From Potamilus streckersoni (taxonomy: Eukaryota): a DNA stretch of 64,000 nt. A program made the position numbers and the translations under genes. The stretch covers positions 2,554,807 to 2,618,806 of the forward strand of contig JAEAOA010000900.1 in assembly GCA_016746295.1 (NCBI GenBank), read 5' to 3'. This document shows, piece after piece, positions 54,472 through 64,000 of the stretch (within the stretch, counting starts at the first letter, position 1; every line of letters starts with the position of its first letter). Below the pieces are notes generated by a model. The model did not search any database. It saw only the letters and a program-made list of their open reading frames with translations, and was not told the DNA's origin.

Positions 54472-54477
54472 GCTTAC

Positions 54478-54661
54478 CATCCCATATGTCAAAGCAGGTA
54501 TCTCCAATTGGGACAGATTTAACGCAAAATCCCACGGTGGGTGCAGGATCCATTACAGTGTCTCTGGGATTTGCATTTGGGTGAAAGCAGCTAACAAATT
54601 TAGTTTTCCCGGCCCCATCCAAACCTAAGACGAGAACCCTTCTATTAGAAGAACATTTTTG
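54478..54661 (-). CDS. ARF-like small GTPase, exon with P-loop and switch I: QKCSSNRRVLVLGLDGAGKTKFVSCFHPNANPRDTVMDPAPTVGFCVKSVPIGDTCFDIWD. The 5' boundary is uncertain and the initiator Met is probably in an upstream exon.
   Basis: GLDGAGKT is a P-loop. PTVGF is the switch I Thr region. FDIWD then meets the donor GATG|gtaagc. Two candidate acceptors lie at 54662-54663 and 54683-54684. Upstream of this exon there is a TAA in frame before any ATG. The ORF-track 'M' at 54691 is a TTG codon. Confidence 0.75.
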
Positions 54662-55395
54662 CTGCAAAGAGAAGAGACGAAAGCTAAACAAAAAGTAGTT
54701 GCAGTTTTATCGGAGGTTGTTTATCATGAGAGCATACTTACCCGCACTGCAGTTGTAATATACCAGAACTATCATAGTTTTAAGTTTCATGTCAAATAGA
54801 TAAAGGAACTGGAACTTTCACCATCCATATAATTAATGTTGACAATGTTCAGCTTTGTGCCTCATGACTAACTACTACAAAGTTAACTGGTGCCTCATCC
54901 TGTTGTCAACAAGTAGTCAACAGTAGCGTAGCAAGCCATTCTATGCCACCACCCTTCAAACAATTATGGAGCCCCCTCCCAAAATAAATAAGTTGTTTGA
55001 TGAGACATTTGAGCAATAATATGCAATATTAATATGCAATATTATAATCAGCAGTTGTATTAAATGACAGTCATTCATATATTGCACAGTGAATTTTAAA
55101 TACTGAATTTGTTCTGTGCGGTTGAAACTAATTAATTAGGTGTAGTCTCGATTATTTGTCCTATATTATTTTATGTAATGCCTTTTCTTTTATACTTTCT
55201 TTTCTTTTGCCATTCCCGGTTGGCATTTTTTTTTCTGGCAAAATTGGTGAAATCAATTTCAAATTTCTTTTAAAAATAGTATCTTTGAGGTTCATGATGA
55301 AAACTCAATCACTGAATTTCAATGTTACCCTTAAAATACTCAAGAATATGTCAAAAGACAACGACAAATAAGATGACAACTGAAAAATACTCCAA

Positions 55396-55399
55396 TGTT

Positions 55400-55456
<57 letters not shown>
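55396..55456. repeat. (CA)n microsatellite.
   Basis: Read directly. Confidence 0.95.
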
Positions 55457-55458
<2 letters not shown>

Positions 55459-57020
55459 TCTCTGCTGAAAATTACGACAGTTCCATTATAATGAGACTTA
55501 GAAGTCGTCGAGTGACAGATGATGTCTTCGGGATGGGGGAGGGCTGAGGGCGGATAAATTCGTCGTTAAAAAAATGGAAAACGGATCTACGAAGCCTGTC
55601 TGTTCATCGCTTAATTGGTTGGTTGGAGTTGTGCATCAGACTGTTTCAAATTTTAAGTTTTTAATCATAAACAGTGTAATGAATATTAATTCACATTGTT
55701 TGTTAGATTTTTTAAATCTCAATATTTGATAGAGTTATGTAAAATTTTATTTCATAGATTACCTTGTCTAGAATTAATTTCATTCTTTACCTGACCAGAA
55801 TTATTGATTTTGGTTTTGTAAACAACATGTTTATCTCAATCTGAGTCCAAAACGTTGGAAATTACCCATGAAATGCTGTGTCTTCCTCTAGTTTACCACA
55901 TTTTACACTGTAATTTTAGAACCAGACATTCTAATTATAAATAAGATTTTATTTTATAAATATGAACTCTTGACCCTCACCGGAGTTATTCTTTTATGTT
56001 TAAAATCTAGTCTACTGGAAAATTATTTACTCCTGCTATAACATCTGGGCAGAAATAATTGATATTGTTGTATTCAGATTTTAATATTTTTACAATTATT
56101 TATTATTCTCTGGAATTACAGTGGCTCGATAATATTTTTGGAAAGAGACATTAACTGAGAATTGTAGTGAATTCAAAAAATGAAACCTTGGATTATATTA
56201 CTGCGATTCAGTGAAAGACTGTTAGGATATCATTAAAATTTAGGTCATTAGCACATTAGTGACTACCGGTCACTGCATTTACATCAACACCATCAGCGTT
56301 GGAAATTATTTGGAATACCATTGAAGAATATTCAAAAATTTATTCATCAGGAATTGTGGTAGTAATTCTAAGATTATTTGGGATTTAATTCGAAATAACA
56401 TAAGTTCTCTTCTTTACTTTTTCACTTTATGTTCTAGGTAATAAATTATTTGTTGATTTTGTTTTTACAAAACTTATTGGTTTTCTATTGCTTTTTTAAG
56501 ACCACAGAGTCGTAATAGAAAATTGGGGACGGGGGCTCGTGTTCGGGATACAAATTTCTCTAAAATAATTCAGAAAACTGTTTCTCAAATTTAAATTTAC
56601 GTTGTTTCGGAATTACATAAGGTATTATTTGATATATTTGAGAAATCAATAGTGAAACCACCAATCTGTCATAATCTCATCCAAAGTGTATATTATTTTA
56701 AATTCTGCCCCGGAAAGGTTAGAGTCCTTGCAAATGAATGAATTGCTCCAGCTTCAATGACAAAATGATCTTTCTGAGGCGAAGGCTTCTTTAATGAATC
56801 AAGAAGTAAATATTTTGGTTCAATATATGTTAGAAAATAATTTTTGGATAAATGTGCTTTAGGTTTGATTGGTAAGTTTCTATATACCTCTAACTTGCAA
56901 GTTGTTAGATTGAAATTAAAATATAAGAATGAAATTGAGTTAAGAAAGCTTGAGCTTCAGAAAGAGGAACGACAAATGCAATTAGAGAAAGAGGAAAAAG
57001 AGAGACATATACAACTGTTT

Positions 57021-57036
<16 letters not shown>

Positions 57037-57110
<74 letters not shown>
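57037..57110. repeat. (GA)n microsatellite, left part of an array split by the SINE.
   Basis: Read directly. Confidence 0.95.
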
Positions 57111-57117
<7 letters not shown>

Positions 57118-57119
57118 GA

Positions 57120-57565
<446 letters not shown>

Positions 57566-57785
57566 TCAAGTTGAATTAAAAGAATCTGAGCTGGCAAAAT
57601 GAAAGTACCACCACCCATTTTACACATAAATTCAGGTTTTGATGTTACTAAGAATATTAGGGTTTTCTTATGGAAAAATAATTACATAAATATTATCCTC
57701 ATTTTGAAACAAAAATACAGAAAATTTTAAGTGGTCAAAAGAGTACTGGATTCTGTTATTACAAAGGACACTTTTTAGTAAAGCT

Positions 57786-57925
<140 letters not shown>

Positions 57926-58689
57926 AACACACACACAAACACACTTCGCTGTCAGTATAGCAAAGTACTGATTACGATCTCCTTAACGCATTATCTTGAA
58001 GGATTATGAGCTGGTACCTGATGTATATCGACAAAGGTTCAGGAACTACTGTATAAAAAAGAAACTGGACAAACCCATTTTGAATTTGCACGAGAGAAAC
58101 AGCAATTAATTGATAGGTGGTGCTCAGTCAAGAATGTTGGACAAGATTACAAAAATCTCAGACAACTCATTAATTGAAGAGTTCAAGAATTGATTCCATG
58201 GTGACTTTTAAACTTACCTTGATGAGCACAAGATGGAAACGTTAGAAAATGCTGTTCGTACGGCTGACAATTATTCCTTAACCTACAACGTTGTTTTGTC
58301 AGTAAGTCTTCTACTCAGCCGTCGTCTGGTAAAAGCTGAATCAGCCTAATACAAGCACTTCCGAATCTCATTCTGGCACAGATTTTAGGAATCAAGTTTC
58401 TAATAAGACTAATCATGAAATCGTATCTCTTCCTATGTACACGCACCTGTTGCAAGAAGAGAGGGCATGCTATTTCTGATTGCTACAGATTGAACAATAA
58501 GTAACAGAATGAAGACATACCTATTCCAAATGTTCTTATTTCTAAGAGGTCAATGTCACGGTTATATATTGAAAGTAATACATTTGTTGGGTCAAACAAA
58601 TCCCAGTCTGATTTAGGTGGCGCTCTACAGTTTCGTATTTAGCATAGGGTTAAAATTTTAAAGAAAAAGAGTTTCCCCGGGTTTCCTCA

Positions 58690-60006
58690 CTAGTTATACT
58701 GGTGTTTTAAAAGAGACTTTGTATATCTTAGGTATTGTTCAAAGAACCTTTAATTCCCTTTATTTTGATGTATGATTGATGGGTGTAATATGGGTTAGAG
58801 AGTATACAGCTTGACCTTACTGCAGATGTGCACCTTTCAAAAAAGTGCTAGCTCTACTTGCTCATTTTCACTTCTCGAACTTCAGAGGTAAATTGTTAAA
58901 AAAAGAGCCGATAACTTTTTTTTACATTTTATGTATTTGGTAATTCAGTCATTGCACTTTTAGAAGCTGGTATTATCTAGTTTGGCAAAATTCATTTTCC
59001 ATATTTTAATAGCTGCCAAGAATAGTGTACTTTAGACAAATTTTGGTTGATTTTTGGAGCACAAGGGAGCAGTCATTTTAGTTCGCAGTGTCATAAGATC
59101 ATTTAAAATTTCCAAAAGTACAATATCCAAAGAAATTTCATCCACATTACATGAAAGTAGTATAAAGGTATGCCAACATTCTCTCCACTGTGCATGTTTA
59201 AAATGCAAACAACTTCACCTTACATACATCACTCTCTCAAAAGTACATAATAACTGGTGAGCGCCACCTTATTACGGAGAATAATGAGCCATTCATGTCC
59301 AATGGTTTCATATCACTCATGGGTGGTTCTGCCAATCCTATCCCTATTAAACTTTGAAGGGACACATGAGCTTCTCAGTGTCTTTTATTATCAGGTAGTT
59401 TGCTCTTTTTCTGACAAGTACCTGTTTGTTATTTTGTTAAAAATGGGGTCCTTGTGAGAAAATGGAGATCACATGAAATATCCGCTCTTATCCTAATCCA
59501 TAAAACACATTTGGCTGGTCATTTAGTGACCAATAAGACTTACCACAAGATCCTGAATAATTCTTATTCGACAAAATTTAAAAATGATGTTTGTAAATAT
59601 TTTAGATTGCACTTGTCAAACGGTAGGGAAACCCAATCAAAATATACCTAAGATTCATCTGCAGTCTATTCCTGCATTTGACGAACCACTTAGCAGAAGA
59701 ATGGTAGATTTTGTCAGTCCCTTGCCTAAGACCAAATCAGCCATCCAATGCTTGTTGACCATAATGTGTACGTTTAAAAGTTTCCTAGAGGCAACTCATT
59801 GGAGAAATATTAAAACTAAAAAGGAATTAAACGTTCTGATGACGTTTCTTTACTCAATTTGGCCTACCCAACTCTGTCAATCTTATCAAAGGTCAAAATT
59901 TATGTCTGGAATTTTCCAGCAAGTTATGCAAGAATCAGGCATTCAGCCATATAACTATTCGACCTATCACACTGAAAACCAAGGAGCTTTCGATTTTTTT
60001 TTTTAA
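58690..60006 (+). mobile_element. Degenerate Ty3/gypsy-type integrase remnant: an HHCC zinc-finger region plus a decayed DDE core.
   Basis: The ORFs at 59054-59260 read ...HESSIKVCQHSLHCACLKCKQ.... The ORF at 59584-60006 reads FDEPLSRRMVDFVSPLPKTKSAIQCLLTIMCTFKSFLEATHW...YHTENQGAFD. This matches the integrase core pattern IDFVGPLP...YLLV.VD.FTK.....P....YHPQ.DGQ.ER. There is no RT or LTR upstream, and a SINE truncates it at 60200. Confidence 0.6.
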
Positions 60007-60199
60007 TCAAACTTTGAAATATATGATTCGGTCATATTGCTTTGATATTGGATAAAAGTGGGACAAGGGTGTTTATTTACTGTTGTTTTATTGTTAGGGA
60101 GCCAGTTCAAAGATCTTTAGGATTTAGAGCCTTTGAACTAGTTTTTGAACATATTGCCCGTGGAACATTCAAGTTGTTAAATGAGAAAGTTCTTTGACT

Positions 60200-60490
60200 T
60201 GAGACTGCTCAAGTGGTCTAGTGGTTAGAGCGTCCGCCTCAAATGCGAGAGGTCAAACCCTGGCCGAGTCACACCTAAGACTTATAAAAATGGTGCTAAC
60301 ATAAAAATGGTACTAACAGTTGTCTCGCTAGGAGCTTAGCATTATGGGATTAGTGTTATAAATGGTCGACCTGGTGATTGGGTGAGACATGATGCTACAT
60401 GTTTGTGGGATGATGTGCTAAACATCTCTTTAAACTGACACATGGCAGACATCGCAGCGATATGACTGAAAATGTTTTACAGTTATATTA
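60200..60490 (+). mobile_element. SINE family 1 copy in plus orientation, followed by a (CA)n(CG)n tail.
   Basis: The head is tggtctagtggttagagcgtccgcc... It truncates the integrase-like ORF upstream. Confidence 0.8.
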
Positions 60491-60495
60491 AAACT

Positions 60496-60500
60496 TAAAA

Positions 60501-60541
<41 letters not shown>
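60496..60541. repeat. (CA)n followed by (CG)n at the SINE tail.
   Basis: Read directly: cacacacacacacacacacacacacgcgcgcgcgcgcgcgcg. Confidence 0.9.
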
Positions 60542-60546
<5 letters not shown>

Positions 60547-61699
60547 GCGTCTTTCAAACGAAGATACAGAAATTAATCCTCTCGACTATATTTCTATTTT
60601 ACGGGGACAATAAACAAAAAGTGACTGGAGTTCACCATGTATTCTTGTACCCACCCCCAAAAAAAGAAACGATAACACTTTTCGTATGCGCACTGGCTAC
60701 AAAACAGTGAATAGTGTGACCAATACAGGTTCATTTCCATTGTCAAGAATTGATGACTGCGTTGATAAAATTGGAAGTGCGCCTCATGTCACCAAATTTA
60801 CCTTTTGAAAGGATTCTCACAAATTCCACTGATGGAAAAGTTAAAGGAAATTTCGGCTTGATATTATCGGAAATTTTGTTCCAACTTTTCCATAACTGAC
60901 ACTAGGGAGGATACAGTCTTCGTTAAACACACACACACAGCCATTCACAAGTAGAATTATCCTTTGCAGCCGACACATTTTCTATTCAAAACTTTTCTAA
61001 ATTTTCTTAGTAGTCTTCAATTACTGCTATAAGAATAAAATATCCGGGATATAATCTGCGCTACATAAATGTACACAAAGTAATAGATGTGGCTATGGCT
61101 CATGTTTTCTATGTGAATGATTTATAATTTCTAACCTGACTGTGACCAGAATGACACTAATACTGGCATCCTCTTGCACCTTTCATGCTTAACGGACTTT
61201 CTATACTAACAAGGAACCATAATCCGTACACTATGATCCAATTTATTTCCATCGGACAACATAATGACGTAATTCATCATATTCGGTAACTGCCGAATAA
61301 TTCCAAAAATGACCGTAACGTTGAGTTTGGAATTATATTCCTTTGCACACATGAACATATTAATGAAACCGCTTGTTGAATCCACGTGAAAGACAATTTT
61401 TGTGTTTTCATTCTTTTCCTTTGTTTGATTCATCACGGTATATCAGAAGCAGACGACATATGTATGTACATCTTTAGTCGCGCATACACCCCTTTGCTGA
61501 AAATTGACTGGTCCAGGAACTGGAAATGGGTATTAAGCATGTCAGTCTATCATATTGAAAACTTCCGTTAAGCATGAAACGCGCAGACGATAACCGTGTT
61601 ATGGCCATTCTACTCACAGTCTGGTTAGAACATATAAATCAATTAATGAATTGACTAAGTTCTTTGCACTTTTTATCAAATTAAAGGTTTCCGTTGTGG

Positions 61700-62030
<331 letters not shown>

Positions 62031-62679
62031 AAGCTGGTTTATGACCACACTCCATTAAGACTCTTAAAATCGTGATCTTATTTGGAATTATGTTTTTAAC
62101 AAGCATTGGGTGTATTATTTTCGCAGGATTTGAAAATTAGTCATATCTTCATTTGGTATAATTAAATACAATTATTAATTTATATAATTTTCATTTTTAG
62201 TTGCGATAAAATCAACAGTTGCAATTACAAATTTTTATTTTGTCTACCCCGTTAGTGCTATTAGGTTACCTTGATATTTTCTCTCAATTATAGGACAAGT
62301 AATAAATAGTTTCCAACTGGACAGTTTGAAAAAGGTTATTATACTTTGTAGATGCATTGACCACTTAGTGATAAACAGCAGAGTCAGTCTAATATTTTCT
62401 TTTCTGAGGAGTTCTGTTTGCAGGCTTTTTTGGGGCAGGGTATTTCCAACTGCAGTGGATGTTTGAAGGCATAAACAGTAGTGATGTTGATACTTTTATT
62501 TCTGCATTTATTTTTCTGCCAGTTTTGATGTTTTCTTTGTACTATGTACATTTTTCTCATTTGAGATCATTTTTAGATTCAGTTATATGTTGTTATGGAT
62601 GGAATGTATGATCACTCTTGATATTTTGGTGATATTGCTAACTACAGGGAAGTAACTGAAGAAGTTTACATAATGACAG

Positions 62680-62696
<17 letters not shown>

Positions 62697-62760
<64 letters not shown>

Positions 62761-62865
62761 GGATTTAATGCATGTTGTTCAGCTACGAGTTCACTTAATA
62801 GGCTACCAAACTGCCTATTTTTAATCTTATCTTGGCCTACCATACCAACCACTCACCTGCCCCCC

Positions 62866-62942
<77 letters not shown>
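62697..62942. repeat. (TA)n at 62697-62757, then a compound (CT)n(CA)n at 62868-62942.
   Basis: Read directly. Confidence 0.9.
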
Positions 62943-62945
<3 letters not shown>

Positions 62946-64000
62946 TATTTAATAATCGTTCTGGTTCAGATTATTTTCAGGTTTTCCTTAACTCTATATA
63001 TATGCATAATTATTGAATATGAGAGCTGTTGGATGTGCTGGTAAATGAATTGATATGTACATGAAATAAGTTACGAGTTGATGATGACATTGTTAAGTTT
63101 ATTGGTATTAAATGTATTTTATTGGCATTTTCAGTTTTTAAAAATCCTCAAGATTGATGTAAAAAAAATGCACAATAATCTTTTATTTTAAAAAGTATAT
63201 TGATTGGTATGTTTCTATGACTCTGAGATTAGTCTTATAACATTGGGTGTATTCAGTTAGTTAATGAACAAGAGCCACATTTCTTTCTTTTTTTCTTTGG
63301 GGTTTTCTGCTTTATCGGTAATTATTATCCCTTCCATGTTAAATTTATATCGCTATTTGCACTCCATGCTGCACATTCTATTTGAAATATCGTCAGCTTA
63401 TTCATGTACGCACTTTGATATGAAACAAAGTCTGAACTTATGAGTTTATGTATTTTTCTGGTCCTAGTTGAATTTTATAATTTTTTTTGTCTCCTGTCCA
63501 AAGGTTCACGATGTACATTTAACTTTGCATTATCTGTCTTTACTATTTTCATGCTGATGTTTAGTATGCAAACATCTCTTGAACATTGTATTTATGTAGT
63601 TTACACCGAGGTCTGCTGATTTAATACTTTATTAATTTAAATCTATTGAGTCTAAAAATTAGTATTTTAGCATCAGTACGATTTAAACCAGTCACACATT
63701 GGCAATTACCGCGCTCTATTAAATGTGAATATTTATGGCATGATTTGTATAATAGCTGTCCATGTGAAATAAGCTGAAGCTAAGGCCCATAGCTTATGCA
63801 TTAATCCACGTTAATGGTTTAACTGTATGATTGGTTTATTGATTCAAAGGGGTATATTTATTCAGTCATATCAAATGTTACGTCGTTCTTATGAAAGAAA
63901 TATGCATGCATGCGTATGTGTTGGTATGTAATTATACATAGATGGGTAGATGTTTTGTGGATGTATATTTTCACAAATATCATAAACAACTCTTCAGACA

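Noticed and set aside
54689-54691. The ORF-track 'M' start of the ARL exon (MFSFRLF...).
   Set aside because: The codon is TTG, not ATG. A TAA lies in frame 24 nt upstream. The real start must be in another exon.
56844-57036. A coiled-coil-like peptide on the plus strand before the (GA)n run: KLKYKNEIELRKLELQKEERQMQLEKEEKERHIQL. It might be an ORF1 or gag fragment.
   Set aside because: It is a K/E-rich translation of an AT/GA-rich tract that merges into a microsatellite. There is no supporting structure.

Overview
Eukaryotic, probably invertebrate, nuclear DNA. It is AT-rich and full of di- and tetranucleotide microsatellites, tRNA-derived SINEs and short intron-split coding exons with canonical GT/AG boundaries. 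I found no prokaryotic operon and no CRISPR array. Two protein-coding genes can be reconstructed by eye, both on the minus strand. (1) A major vault protein (MVP) gene: ten exons between about 24.6 kb and 0.7 kb, with MVP-repeat and cap-ring peptides that align to vertebrate MVP. Intron phases agree across nine consecutive exons. The exons for roughly 400 central and C-terminal residues are not visible in the order expected. (2) A divergent ARF-like small GTPase: three exons, 54661..51884. The catalytic Gln of the G3 motif is replaced by Ala (DVGGA), and G4 reads SKQD instead of NKxD. The rest of the window is repeat landscape. There are two tRNA-derived SINE families. A roughly 220-bp repeat occurs four times and always abuts (TA)n microsatellites. 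A foldback-like element has inverted tandem-repeat termini and sits beside an 84-bp near-perfect palindrome. There is a MITE-like hairpin. Two 5'-truncated Ty3/gypsy integrase remnants are present, one of them inside an ARL intron. There is one non-LTR reverse-transcriptase tail fragment and one DNA-transposase-like ORF fragment. A CpG-richer 43-48 kb block carries paralogous decayed ORFs and subterminal short repeats. The ORF-track 'M' residues often correspond to TTG or internal Met and should not be read as real starts.
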